Source: Octopus vulgaris
Lineage: Eukaryota
Length of the DNA: 64,000 nucleotides
Direction: 5' to 3'
Assembly (NCBI GenBank): GCA_951406725.2
Contig: OX597817.1
Span: forward strand, 122,140,001 to 122,204,000
In this document: piece after piece, positions 12,623-26,954 of the stretch
How positions within the stretch are numbered: position 1 is the first letter of the stretch
How the letters are laid out: each line of letters begins with the position of its first letter
Notes under the pieces: generated by a model
What the model was told of the DNA's origin: nothing
Databases searched by the model: none
What the model saw: only the letters and a program-made list of their open reading frames with translations
Translations under genes and position numbers: made by a program

Positions 12623-14910
12623 GTCTTTCTCTCTCTTTGAAGATCCATTACATTTGGAGTCTGATTGGTCTGGAGCTAAATCTTTGGAGGTCTCTACACA
12701 GATTTATAAACATGTCACTTACTTTTCAAGAACTCTTTCTTCTTCTGAACAAAATCTCTCAACAGTTGAAAAAAAACTAACGAATTTTTCCAATTCGAAG
12801 CTTATTTATATAGCATGCTGAGCAACAAGCAATTTCCTATTTAGTTTTAAAAGAAGAGGAACATGAAAATCAATCGCATATTTAATATTTACATCAATTT
12901 TGGCATCATTCTCTAGTGACTCGATTACGGCGCTTGTTAGATCTAATAATTCGCCATTTACTTTAGAGGACAATAAAAAAAGACTTGTGATAAATGAATT
13001 ATGTGCATTAAGCTGATATCATGATGCTATCATCTTCTTCCTACTATGCTTTGTAAGTACACACAACCCATTGCACCTGTGAGGCATCGTCTTCAAAGTT
13101 TTCTTCTTTAGTGCATGTGATGTAAGATGGTTACCTAAAGATTCCCTTCACGTTTGGAGGCTCAGTAAACATGATATTTCTTCTAGTAATTCGTTGTCTT
13201 AACTCTTTGCCTGTCCAAAGTATTTTCATAAGTTTGTCCTAAACGGTTATGCTTGTTTTCAGACTTTTAGTTAGTCCTCGATTCATACGTTTTGAGTAAT
13301 ATAAAACCTTCCTCTCATAAGCCTAAAGTTAATCTAAAGATTGAAAACGACTTATGAATATGTGTCGTATAAGATGCATGGAGTTCTGCATGATACAAGT
13401 AAATGGTTACAATATTTATATGGTGTTCATGTCTAGTGTACCAGGTTCAGTCTTCGATTACTGTGTATCCTGTTTTATGCTCCATAATGTTCGTAGAATT
13501 TTGGCGAATAATAATATTCAAATTACAAACAACTTCATTTCACTGAAAGTAGACAGAAACGAAAATGGAGAAAATTTGTCATTCGTTCAAGAGAGCTACC
13601 ACAAAAACGATTAAGTAGCGTTTTATGGAATTAGTATTCCGGTAATTAGGTGCCTCTATGATATTGTGATATATCTGATTCTTCATGATATTCATTGTTC
13701 GAATATATATACATCCTGAAATAAGATAGGTCACGACGATCTAAGTGTTCAATGCGTATATGTGGATATTGATCTCTAATATAAGTACAAGGTCACAGGA
13801 TTTCGAAAGGGAGGATTTTAATGCATATGAAATCAGCTCCTGTGTGTCACTGCATTTTATTTTGTTGATCACAGAGCGATTAAGAGCAGTGTTGACCTCA
13901 GCGAGACTCGAAATCAGAACGTAAGATGTTGTAGTTAAATAAATCAATATATTTTGTTCGACGCTCTAACCATTAATTCATTTAACTGTCTCGTACATGT
14001 TAATATTAAACATCTTTTCATCTCTACAGACGGAAGTTAATAGTCCGAAAAATATTAAACTTATTAGCAACATATGTCAGGTATTTAAGCATTTAATCGT
14101 CTCATTAACATCTTGTAACGTAGGAAGCTATATGAATGATTATAGATAAATTTTAATTTATAAGATCACAACCTCTGCATGTTCTGAATTAGTTAAAGAT
14201 TTATATTCATGTGGCGTTAATTTTGTGAAACATACCTCAGCTGAACGGCTAATCATCACATCATACGCACATTTTCTCGCCTTACCAGAAAGCACATATT
14301 TTCTTCGGATTTTCCCACTGGACTTAATCATTATTAATTAGAGATATTAGAGATATATTTGCATTGGTTTATTATGCATTTTACATTCATTGAAAAATAA
14401 CTTCACATATATACCCTTGAAATATCGTTTCTTATAAGTTCATACACACGGGAAAGCTATGCGTTAACAGAACTTAGAGAAGTTACTGCATTAAACTAAT
14501 GACACTTATTTTGGGCATGGTGCAGAGGTTAGTCGTGAAATCTATCTCATCTTTCACATCAGTTTGATATAAATCTTGTTGTATAATCAGAAGGAAACAG
14601 AACACATTTCTGTGACACGTTTAATAACAATACCTATGATTCTTCAATACGGGAACTTTTACAGATTGAAATAAAATAAAAGACAGAGATATATCGTTTG
14701 TCAAAGCTGATGTCACTATCTATCAAGTTTAAGAAATACATTTGAATATTTTCGAGCGTACAGTGTATAACAGCCTTTTAAAAGACACGCTGCAAAGAAA
14801 AGTGTATATCTTCATTCTCTGTGATCTCTTCACATATTGAGTACCTTCTATATTTGTGACTACAAATGCACATATAACTATATAACTGAAAATATTAATA
14901 GTCAATATAT

Positions 14911-15547
14911 TGTTGGCATTCTTTCTGTCCCGGGAGACAATGGAGTTGCGCATAAAATAATCTAGTCCGGCTTTTACATTTCATGTCCTAATACATCTCC
15001 TGCTGTGGCTGTGTAGTCTTATCCTGGACAAACACTCTCTCTGGCAGGTGCTGCAAATGTAGCGAAGACTTTGCCTGGCTGGTTGTAATGTCATAGTTTC
15101 TTGTTGACGTCTTTTCGTGTCTTTCCATTTCTCCTCTCTCCCTCTGTCACTCCTTTGTGTTCCCTCTTTTATGGTACATCGCCAATCTCCACGGTTGCTG
15201 GCAACCGCTTCCCAGTTGCTGGCAACCGCTTCCCAGTTGCTAATATTCTTGTCGCAGGCCTTCATGTTCCTTTTGCAAACATCCTTGTATCGTAAGAACG
15301 GTCTTCCCACAAACCTAGTGCCCCTAGCAAGCTGTCCCTAGAGTATGTCCTTGGGGATTCCGCCATCTTCCATACGGCTAACACGCCAAGAGCATTGCCT
15401 AAATATCTTTCACCTGCGCTGCCTCCGGAAAACCCTTGGCATTAAATAGCAGAATCATGTCCCCAAGAAAGATGTCCCCAAGCAAGCAGGAATACCAAGC
15501 ATGTTTGCACTCTTCACACAAAGACGTATGAGATGGCTTGGACATGT
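14911..15547 (-). mobile_element. 5'-truncated, 5'-inverted RTE-clade LINE with 12-bp TSD
   Basis: Minus strand: RMEDGGIPKDIL*GQLARGTRFVGRPFLRYKDVCK...C2H2-like CSTCQRECLSRIRLHSHSRRC plus 3' UTR. Plus strand 15395-15552: LNIFHLRCLRKTLGIK...RRMRWLGHVS. TSD TAGTCAATATAT at 14899-14910 and 15548-15559. Confidence 0.9.
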
Positions 15548-16595
15548 TAGTCAATATATAAAAGCCTACAATATACACGTACCTATGAGCAAAGGTATAT
15601 CGGAAAGTATTCAGTAACAGTCTCATTTAAAGACTACAATTAATTTTGAACAAATTTACAATAAGTATGAATAATACAGCAAGGCATGAAAACATGACTT
15701 CATATCATATTACTCAGAATTGCGGAATGGTCCGCTTAACGTGATAGTACAGCCACAGAATTTCGACGCGAACTATGTTTTGCGTTAATTGCCACCGACA
15801 TATCAAATATATAAAAACTTCTATTGAAATTATGAATACTTTATCCTTTTTAAGGAAGATATATCATAGATGTTGCACTAAATTTGTATAACAATTCAAT
15901 TTTTATATGGCTTTAAACGATGACACGGACACACAATCCCTTTGAGCTGAATATATCTAACCCATCTTTATAACATTAATAGCAACATATGGCTATATAT
16001 ATATATATGTTTTATTTCTAACGTTCGTCATAAATATATATTTGAATTGCTGATTTCATTGACTATAAAACGCATTATGTTTCTCATAATTTCTTTCCAC
16101 GGTGCATTGGTTGGTTCGGCAGTAATGTCACAGACAGATGGACACAAAAACAAACATACACATAATACTAATCCATACATAGAGAAACATACGCGCGCAC
16201 ATTGTCACAGACTAAAACTAGTGAATATACATACATACATATATATATACATACACACACACATACACACCCACGCATATATATATATATATATATACCC
16301 CCGCAATTAAGTACCGAAATATATACAAACACAAAGTATACACACAATCACACAGTATAAGTCTATGTCAAATATTTGTATAGTATATATGAATATATAT
16401 ATATATATATTATACATATACATGGATATGTGTGTATATACATATATGCATAAATAAGCGTATCTATATACATAATCTTATGTGTGTGAATGCGTGTTCG
16501 GTTTGCATTTAGTCATTACAAAATATGCGTATCCATATATATATATAATCTACAGGTACGCACATACATAGACATACACACACACACTCATCCAC

Positions 16596-16722
<127 letters not shown>

Positions 16723-17494
16723 TAGAAGCTGAATTTTTTCAGTCATAACCCTGGTTTTCAGGTTTCCAATTATACCATGTTTGAATAAACTCAACCGTGA
16801 AACTAAGAATAACGATAAAAGCATGTTTCAATAAAATATTGCTATTTCGTAATACTTAAATACACACAAGTACACAAAGGTATGTTTATATATACTTAGG
16901 TACGTATGTACGAACGTACACACGTGTGTATGTATGGGGTTGTGTATGGGTATAGGATGGACATAAAGTGTTTTCCTAAAGAGGCGAAAGAAACGGAAAC
17001 AATAAGGAGTGAGAAGAAATTAGCAGAACAAATGGTAAAATTGAATTCAAAGCAACTAAAAGTAAAAGTATGTAAAATTGTTAAGTGGATTCAAAAATGC
17101 TTCTGGGTGTCAATATAGACGAAATTGAATTACTGATACAAACTAGAATAACATGTATATAGATATATACACACCTGAATATACGCATATGTATTTGTAT
17201 GCATTTGTAGCGCATACATTATTCAACTAATCCAATAAATACAGACGTGTCAAAAATATCAAATAAGTGGGAAGGAAAATATCTCATTCAGTATTTGGAA
17301 AGTCAGAGGGCACAACAAGAAGGCCATATGAATGTAGGATATCTTACTCTAGTTCTGGTATATAGTCAAACATATCTACTGATGCTTGTTAAAGTTGCAG
17401 ATCTTGCATTTACATTGTCTGTTGGTTATACTTGGCTGAGTGTTGGTTGCTTAACTAGCCATCTTCTTAATCTTGAATCAATGTATCTTCCCCA

Positions 17495-17755
17495 ATAAAT
17501 AATAATAAATGCGCCCTTTTAAAGCCTAGCCAGGCTCATGGGCCCGGTTTCCCGGTTTCAATGGCGTATGTGTTCCCCAGCTGGATGGGATGCCAGTCCA
17601 TCGCAGCGTTACTCATTTTTACCAGCTGAGTGGACTGGAGCAACGTGAAATGAAGTGTTTTGCTCAAGAACACAACGCGTCGCCCGGTTCAGGAATCGAA
17701 ACCACAATCTTATGATCATGATGCTGACACCCTAACCACTAAGTCACGCACCTTC
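17495..17755 (-). mobile_element. tRNA-derived SINE family D (V-SINE-like core)
   Basis: Minus strand: tRNA head (TAGTGGTTAG...GGTTTCGATTCC), TTGAGCAAAACACTT, CGATGGACTGGCATCCCATCCAG core, short (TTA)-type tail. Confidence 0.8.
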
Positions 17756-18230
17756 ACATATCTTCTGTAATGGAATATACTAACGCATATATTTGTGCGC
17801 GTGCGAGTGTGGTAAGTGAGCTCCCACACTGTTTCCATTGGGTAATTAGAGTATAATGAAGAAAATACCCAATGTACCAAACGTCAAGCACGACAAAACG
17901 AGTCATAGTTAAACTCCACATACATGCCTGCGTTGTGTCACCCGTAATTTTCACTATTCTCTTCGCTATAATGTTCGCTGGAATCTAAACAGTTAACTCG
18001 CCGCTTATTACATTAGTGTCAAATAATTCTGACCAATCTAGTTTTGTCGTTATCGTTATTAACGTTGAAGTTTTTGGTCTTTAATCTCTTAGCTGCCTTG
18101 ATCGGGTATTCTGGCCGTGACTTCCTCGTCTTTCACATAGACATTATATATCTAGAACACCGTGATCTATTATTTCCTTACCATTTTCAAGATGGTAGAA
18201 TATTATTTGAGTAAAAGTTGTTTGCTATCT

Positions 18231-18450
18231 AATTTCTTTATTGCTCACCAGGGGCTAAACATAGAGGGAACAAACATGGACAGACAAAGGGATTAAGTAG
18301 ATTTAGTCGACCCCAGTGATTAACTGGTGCTTAATTTATCGACTCCGAAAGGATGAAAGGCAAAGTCGACCTCGGCAGAATTTGAACTCAGAACGTAACG
18401 ACAGACGAAATACCGCTAAGCATTTCGCCCGATTCTGCCAGCTCGCCGCC
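18231..18450 (-). mobile_element. tRNA-derived SINE family B
   Basis: GGCGGCGAGCTGGCAGAA head, GAGTTCAAATTC B-box; homologous to 39019 and 45273. Confidence 0.9.
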
Positions 18451-19185
18451 CCATCTGTAACGAATAATATCTCCGAAAATATCTTCGTTGGCTAGACCAT
18501 TTCAGTATTTATTCCTACAACCCAAATAAGAAATTTCAGTATGAATAGGGAAATTTCACTGTGAAACAGTTATAGTAAATGGCAGCCTAACATTATAAAC
18601 TCAAAACTGATTTGACCTTCATTGATCTGTCATTAGCAAACTGAACTGACCATCATGCCATCACAAAATAATGATATAGACATTTGCTGTGGCACTTTTA
18701 GCACACTTTTATCTATATTCTATTTACCATTCTGGCAAATCTGCAGACGCAATCTCTCAGCATGCTTCCTCTCAATAACGCCAATACTTAACCACGTAAT
18801 ACATTACAATAATTAACTTTACAATTAATTACATTACGAAATATTAATTTATAAGAAATTGAAACTATTCCCCATTGTGGCATTCTCTGATAATTACTCA
18901 TGCTAAGTTAAATATCTTTGCATACAGTTATTGATTCTATTAACAAAATAACCTCGAGACCAAGGTAACTGTTCATAAGATAGAGACAAATATTTTGGTC
19001 TGGTGCTACAAAATTGAGAATACACCAAAGCAAATGAAATAATAACTAAACAGTTTTGTAAGGTTGATTCAGTAAGAATATGCAGTTACTTTGGGGCATA
19101 TAGTATAGAATGACAAAACCGTAGTAAGTGTAAACTATATAGAAATATCGTTAAAAAGAGTGCAGTTGACTTGCTATCAGGAGTG

Positions 19186-19260
19186 AAGAGTCTAACGTTT
19201 CAAACAATGTCCTTCTTCAAAGGAAAGTTGAAAGGAGAGAAATAAATGTGATAGAAGAAT
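19186..19260 (-). mobile_element. decayed PLE-type fragment with degenerate minimal hammerhead
   Basis: Minus strand TTGAAGA-A-GGAC-ATT-GTTT-GAAACGTTAGA, the same layout as the 1267 motif but with C3 mutated. Confidence 0.4.
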
Positions 19261-19607
19261 TTTACATCCAAGATGAAAATAATATATAGAAAACTAGTTG
19301 CAAATATAGGTGTATATATGTATGCCAGGTTCCCATGCAAGGAGATGGATTCAATAATCTAGAAGTCTAAAACAAATCTAATTCTGCATGTGAGAATAAT
19401 TTGCAAATAAGTTTATATGCACGAGTTTCATAAACATCTATTTAGCTTCATTGCGTGACTAGATCCTCTCGTTTAATGACCATTTACGCATGTAAACTTG
19501 CAATCTAGTCACTAGAACACTTCATTACTTTGGTTAATTAACACGCTTCCAGTATCTAATAGCTGAAACCAATAAAACAATAGAGTAAATTTATATATAT
19601 ATATATA

Positions 19608-19845
19608 TTCTTTTATTCTTTTACTTGTTTCACTCACTTGACTATGGCAATGCTGGAGCACCGGCTTTTAGTCGAGCAAATAGACCACATAACTTATTCT
19701 TTGTAAGCCTAGTACTTATTCTATCGGCCACTTTTACCGAACCGCTAAGTTACGGGGACGTAAACAAAGCAGCATCGGTTGTCAAGCGATGTTGGGGAGA
19801 CAAACACAGACACACAAACATATACACACACATACATACATACAT

Positions 19846-19880
<35 letters not shown>

Positions 19881-20054
19881 TATATATATCTATATATATA
19901 TATATATATATATATGAAGGTCTTCTTTCAGTTTCCGTCTACCAAATCCACTCACAAGGCTTTGGTCGGCCCGTGGCTGCAGTAGAAGGCACTTGCCCAA
20001 GGTGCCACGCATTGGAGCTGAACCCGGATCATGTGGTTGGTTACCACACTGCCA

Positions 20055-20058
<4 letters not shown>
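19608..20058 (-). mobile_element. SINE family A
   Basis: Reverse-complement homology to 7464-7858, with internal microsatellite. Confidence 0.9.
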
Positions 20059-20111
<53 letters not shown>

Positions 20112-20113
<2 letters not shown>

Positions 20114-21249
20114 CATTATTGGTGAATTGAAGAAATGGAGCTGAACGCAGATTGAACAGAAATCGTTTTATTTCATTCTACACGTGTTTCGAAAGGCACA
20201 AATTCAAAATCCGATGGAATAATGGGACCATATTGTGTCTTTCTCTTCAGGAAGAAAATAGGAAATCCGTTGGAAAAACAAAAACAGAACAGAGGCGGAG
20301 CAAAAACAAATCGAACTATGCTCCTAAGAGCCCATGGCGAAACTGTTTATCAGTTTATGTTGAGAACCGGTGGCTGAAGAATTCAACGGGTCAGGCATCG
20401 GTCAATCATGTGGGTGAGGGTGCGTAGATGTTCTTTGTGACCGAGAATAAAGTTCTGACTATTTAAAGAATATTGGATGTTTTATAAGGGGCGAGAAAAA
20501 AATCTACTTAGAGACGTGTGTGTGTGTATACTGTTCTATATATGTGTGTGTTGGCGTAGGTGTAGAAAACATGTTTTGTGTACGTGTGTGCGTTTGATCG
20601 TTCGGCGTTTGATCGTTCAAAGGCACACACGTACACAAAAATGTTTTCTACCCCTACGCCAACACACACATATATAGAACAGTATACACACACACACGTC
20701 TCTAAGTAGATTTTTTCTCGCCCCTTATAAAACATCCAATATTCCTTAAATAGTCAGAACTTTATTCTCGGTCACAAAGAACATCTACGCACCCTCACCC
20801 ACATGATTGACCGATGCCTGACCCGTTGAATTCTTCAGCCACCGGTTCTCAACATACACTGATAAACAGTTTCGCCATGGGCTCTTAGGAGCATAGTTCG
20901 ATTTGTTTTTGCTCCGCCTCTGTTCTGTTTTTGTTTTTCCAACGGATTTCCTATTTTCTTCCTGAAGAGAAAGACACAATATGGTCCCATTATTCCATCG
21001 GATTTTGGTAATTTGTGCCTTTCGAAACACGTGTAGAATGAAATAAAACGATTTCTGTTCAATCTGCGTTCAGCTCCATTTCTTCAATTCACCAATAATG
21101 TTCTAAGTTCAATTATCCGCACCAACGCACGGTTGCAACACCATATGGTTGTACCTCCAACCGTGCTGTTTTACTGCTGTGATTTTTGCTACTAAGGTAT
21201 CGGTTAAACTTTTGATTAATCTACTACAAGATTATTCATCTTTCTATTT

Positions 21250-21252
<3 letters not shown>
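20112..21252 (+). mobile_element. fold-back PLE-type insertion: ~485-bp near-perfect inverted arms plus 150-bp single-copy 3' extension, in (TA)n
   Basis: Arms 20112-20597 and 20617-21102 are reverse complements (mirror ORFs appear in the track); each arm holds a hammerhead; flanked by (TA)n on both sides. Confidence 0.85.
20952..21045 (+). ncRNA. type I hammerhead ribozyme, palindromic stem III (mirror copy at 20169-20260, minus strand)
   Basis: Stem I TATTTTCTTC/GAATGAAATA; CTGAAGA 20962-68; stem II GAAAGACACAA/TTGTGCCTTTC; GAAA 21024-27; A-CACGTG-T; cleavage triplet GUA (after 21035). Confidence 0.8.
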
Positions 21253-21299
<47 letters not shown>

Positions 21300-22235
21300 G
21301 TATGGGCACGCACGCGAACATGAATACATATATAAAATATAAACAATGAAAAGCTCGGTATATCTTCCCAATCTCTGAATGTTTCATTATCTGACTCATC
21401 ACTCTGCTTCGTTGACCGTCTCTCCAGTCAATGGGACATAACTTTCCAATAACAGAATATAATTTTAATCTACACAGAGCGTTAATTGGCATTTTATTTA
21501 TTCAATTTTTGTCTTGAATTACAGGAACAACGTAATGTAAGCTGTCCCAGTATTGCAAAAATCACTTCATGTCGAAACAGGCGTTCGTTTTGTATTATTC
21601 ATAATCTTTACTATATTGTCTTCACTAATTTATTTGTTCGTAATAATTTCAACAATAAAGAATTTCACTCGCTATTCTCATCCGTGTAAGTGAATAACGA
21701 ACCCAGAACTTTTCAGAACAAAAAAATGTCGACTACAATCTGACGAAGGTACGTCATGCACATCTTCCAGACAGCGGTCAGAATACAGAGTGACAGAAAT
21801 AGAAGAGGAAAAAAAGACAAAGACAAAAGAAGATTTATGTTTTCCGCAAGTAATCTTATCCAATATTTCAATTTCTGATCAGCTACCCCATAATTTGGGC
21901 AGAAATAAAGAAAAACGAAATAATTATCCATCGTTTCTATTTTAAGTTACACATAGCTCTGACTTTCTGAACTGAAAACAACACAAAGATGTTGTTTTGC
22001 CTTAATTTAATTTTCTTTGTTGCTGAACTGCACAAATATAATATGATGTAACTCTCTGCACTGAAACGACATCCTATACTGAAACAGGCGTCCAGCTTCA
22101 GATGCGGTATTGTTATTATTAAATACGTATAGAGAGAATATCAGTTTTACTTCTTTACTGGTTAGTAGTAATTTGAAGAATGAAACAAAAAAACAATTTT
22201 CGCTCTATTTATGTCCGCTTTACAAAGTAAATAAG

Positions 22236-22237
<2 letters not shown>

Positions 22238-22283
<46 letters not shown>

Positions 22284-22329
22284 CATGGCCGCAGCTCTGA
22301 GCTGAAACTAGAGAGAAACAAAATATATA

Positions 22330-22362
<33 letters not shown>

Positions 22363-22485
22363 GTACATATATATATAAAAGTATATATATACATATATAT
22401 ATTTACATATATATAAAAGTATATATATACATATATATATAAATATATAAAAGTATATATATACATATATATATATATATAAAAG

Positions 22486-22533
<48 letters not shown>

Positions 22534-22611
22534 TATATATATACATATATATATAAGTATATATATGCATATATATATATAATTATATATATACATATAT
22601 ATATATAAAAG

Positions 22612-22644
<33 letters not shown>

Positions 22645-22655
22645 TTATGTATATG
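22238..22655. repeat. (TA)n field with higher-order TATATAAAAGTATATATATACA units and a SINE-A tail fragment (22281-22320)
   Basis: Directly visible. Confidence 0.9.
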
Positions 22656-25600
22656 TATTGGTTCGTTCATTCATTTTGTGTAGAAAGAAGTGGAAGAAAA
22701 ATTTCTATATGGATATCGTGTGTGTGCGTGCCCGTGTATAAATTAATTATTTTATCTCCTCAACAACCACAGTTTCAATCTATCCTTTTGAATAACGAAG
22801 TCATCATAAAGAGCGGTGTGAAAGGAAATATAATAATGCCGTAAAGTTCAGGGTAAAACCTAAATATATATAAGTAATCTCTAAAGTATAAACTCCTACA
22901 TGATAGAGAAGAGAAATGTACATCTGAATATACATACGTGTATAGTTTCTCTTAACACTGAAACGACATGGTAAAAGCACTGCAGTTAGGCTTTGTGGAA
23001 GAATAATCAAAAGAGAATGAAGATATGTGATAGAAATAAATAGAAAGAGAGAGAGAAAGAAAGAGAGAGAGGGAGTGGGAAAACTGTGAGAGGTATAAAT
23101 ATACTATATGTGGGGAAAAATGAAAGGAAAAAAATCATCAATATATAATATTGTGTCGAACCTAAATCAAATGCTATAGAAATTTCCATCATGATATGAA
23201 GCATTAAAAATGCATTTATGGAATGTATATAAAAACAGATATACAAGACATGAACAGAGCATTGCTATTATTTATTGAATTGATAGAAACATTACAGTGG
23301 TGATCTGAATATCATACAGTATTTAGTTTCAACCCTTCATGTAAGGAATTCAAACCTTGTCATAATCGACTCTGCCGTTTTTTTTTCCTTTCCAGCTCGA
23401 TATATGCTAGTAATATATTAAAGTAAGGCATTTTTTAAAAAATATTACATCTCTTCCATTCAGAAATTGATCCTCTTCATAATATAAAATACATTATTTA
23501 TTAGTTTTACTTTTATTACGCTACTGAACTCTGTGTCTTTTGAATTCGATTGTGTCACGTTTTTGGAAATACTGTTTGTTCATTTCCTTTTAGGGCTTCA
23601 CTGCACGGCTATTTTTCTGCGATAAAAACAATTCTAGATAATAGAGTTAAAATGGAAATCTTTTCCGTCGGAATGTGACATGCACTGTTTGAAAAACGTC
23701 TACTGTTTCTACGAACAAATCAACCTTCAAACATATTGGCCCGAAACTTAAAGCACGATGTAATTTAATATAACCGATACACCCAATATATTTGTAATCT
23801 TTAGAAAGTATATAACTATTTCTATACTTTCTATATACAGTTACAAGTAATAAATTATTCTACCACTTTCATGGACTACAATCGCTACAAAATAGCTTCT
23901 GATCTTACATTAGAAGATTCAAAATATGGTTACTACGAGAACCCAAATGAAGCTAAGTAAACTTTGTCAGAACCAAAATAGAATTGTTATTTAAACATTT
24001 GAGTCAACTTCCCAGAAATCGATTCCAACTGAATCAATTGATTTGGAATAACTCTCTAGGCAATAAATCAACTCCCGGAAATGAGATCAGCAAAGCAAAT
24101 TAAATATAAATACAATGAACCATTTGAAATTATATTGTTTTTTTGCCGATATAGGAATATTCAATTAGCACACTTACAAAAGACATGGGATAAAAGATAT
24201 GGGACACATAAACTAGAAATTCCTAGTTTGCATATAATTAGAATTCTCAGGAGTCCATGCTAAAAAAGAATGGCTGGCTAAAAGAAAAATCGTTTAAAAG
24301 AGGATATAAATAAACATAAGATGGTAAATAATAACGCTACAGCAATTGAAATAGCCAAATAGATCTGTATAAGAAGAAAGAATACTATTGTAGTTTCCAC
24401 ATTACGCAACGAAGTTCTGAATGTTAAAAAATATACAAGGAAAATAAATACAGTTTATTAATCCGAGCTTCATACTTGGTATCTAAAACGCAGATATTGA
24501 AGTAGAAATTTCCATTTCATGAAACAGTCTCAGGGTATGGATTATTTGAGCTGAACAAATTCTAAATACCGACTTAGAATTCTGTCTAGATCATTTCCCT
24601 TAGATCGCTAAAACCACCAAGATAGGCATAACGCCACACTATCTGATGTCCTTTCTTCTCTTTTATTGTAACTTAATACATGTCTCTGGAATCCATTTCC
24701 TTTTTTTTTTTTTTGCTCATGATTTGCTGCCATTTCTTTTGACTTAGGTTCGTAATGACCATCACAACTTCCCATTTATTTGATTTATTGGTGCATGTAA
24801 TACTCTCAGCTCTCAAAACTATATAATAAACTAACACGAAACAACATTTATGACGTTACATCTAATTAAAGAATATTTTATCACTTTCTGGTAAAGATGT
24901 ACTTTAGAATTTCTAGTTCTGTTAAATGAGTCAGTAAAATTTAATAGATGAAAATGAAATTGAATAAAAATTAATTTCAAGTGAAACTGGACCATAGAAT
25001 CAAATGAAAATGGATTTCTTCTGTGTTGAAATATCAGTTTATTTCGAAAATAAGAAATTAGGTCTTCACATCTTTTGCAAGTGAATTCGTAACATATATC
25101 AACTGAAAATTTCATTCGAGATTCGAAACCACAAATCTATTTTTCAAATTTGCTGAGAATGCAAATGCAGCAGTATGGCACTTCTGACAAATAATAGTTG
25201 GAATATTTAGCAATATTTTTACTTACGTAACATTGTAAGTGTTTAAGTGTTTCTCTTTACTTACTTATTTTGAAACGACTCATTTAACCTAGATAATGTA
25301 CTAAATTATCTTTGAAGTCCGAGTAACTTATAAATAGTAAATACGATCATGTAGCTTCTTAACTTCGCTACACAACATTGTAAAGCGTCGAGTGAACATA
25401 ACTAGTGCATGACATGCATATGTTTACTTTTTATTATCATCTATTGATTTTGAAGTTAACTGTTCTGCTCTCAAATATTACATTATCCTCAACTTTCGAT
25501 TTGTAATTTGAGAGCGCTTTCATCTACTCACTTTTCAGCGGTTGTTAGTTTTTATGTAGGATTTTCTTTTTTATATACTTTCTTCTTCAATCAATTCACT

Positions 25601-26149
25601 TGAAATTTTGTTTTCAAGTTCTCTTTCGTGCAATATTGTATAACGTTTGTTACGTACGATGTGGTCAGTTTCTCTATTTAGTATAAATGAAAACTTCTGA
25701 TTAATACAATGCCCCTTGATTTTGAAAACTTGCGCTTTAAGTTTGATGGTGCACTACAGTGAATTGCAGTTCTACAATAGTCAGTTATATGTATTATTCT
25801 GAACCGTAAGTACATATGCAACAATAGCTGTTCTATCAACAGCACCTGCAGCAGTAGTGGTTGCAAGTGTCTGTTATATTTAAAAGAAATAAGGTTTTTC
25901 TATTTATTTTAACAATAGTGTCATGTTAAATACTACATTACTTTTTAAAAGCAGGATGAAAGCTTCTTTTCTTTTTCTATTCTTCTTTTCTGTAATATCG
26001 ACCTAATCTGCAATTGAGCTAGAGCTACTGGAGTCAACTGGCTTGTAGATTGAGTTTGTTTTTGCTTCTCACATGATAGAAAGCTTTTTCTGTTGGTAGA
26101 AGCAAGGAATCAGTGTAGTAATATTCAGACCGAAGTCAGATCTTTGGTG

Positions 26150-26400
26150 GAGACATAGTCGTTTAGTTGAAAAGGTCGCTTCGTAATTTTGTACTTCCGA
26201 ATTCGATCCCAATATACATTTTAAGACATGAATTTCTAGCATTGCATCGGGTCAGCCAGAAGCTTGTGAGTGAAATTTTCTAGACGGAAACGTGTTCTAA
26301 GGCCTGTAGCTGTGTTGTGTTTTGCACGAGAGAGAGAGAGCGTGTGTGTGTCTGTATGTGTGTAGCTACGGTCCGCAGTCTAATCGCAATCTAATAGCTT
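26150..26400 (+). mobile_element. old, diverged SINE-A-like copy
   Basis: Residual GCTTGTGAGTGAAATT..TAGACGGAAAC motif followed by (GA)/(TG)n. Confidence 0.5.
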
Positions 26401-26578
26401 GGTCTTAGAATGTACCAAACTTATGCTAGTGGTTTGGAGGTGGGGTGCTATTAGTGGCGAGCAGATGCAGACATCCATCCTCTTAGCTCTACAAACAGTG
26501 GAACAACTACAGTGTAACAGTTAGAAAAAAAACACGGTTTTAACAACTCTAGGATAATGCCATATTCATTCCTTTTAA

Positions 26579-26797
26579 GGCGGCGAGCTGCCAGAAACGT
26601 TAGCACGCCCGGCGAAATTATTAGCGGTATTTCGTCTATCTTTATGTTCTGAGTTCAAATTCCGCCGAGGTTGACTTGGCCTTTTATCCTTTCTGGGTCG
26701 ATAAATTAAGTACCAGTTGCGTACTGGAGTTGATCTAATCGACTGGGCCCCTCCCCCAGAATTTCGGGGGATGTGCCTAGAGTAGCAAAGTATATTT
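26579..26797 (+). mobile_element. SINE family B, alternative-tail subfamily
   Basis: B head and core; tail CCCTCCCCCA...TGTGCCT..TAG shared with the 53874 copy. Confidence 0.88.
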
Positions 26798-26954
26798 ATT
26801 CTTTCTGAATGAAAAACAACGTTGACGCGGTGGCATTTGAAATCAAATCTCAAAATTCAGAACAAATATGGCAAAGTATTCTAACCAACAATCTTATGAT
26901 TCTGTCAATCATATGTATATATAAACATATACATAAAATTATATACACACACAC

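Noticed and set aside
20152-21062. Paired mirror-image ORFs in the palindrome
   Set aside because: Consequence of the inverted repeat; no recognisable protein.
21735-21780. CTGACGA followed by a partial hairpin
   Set aside because: No GAAA or stem III.
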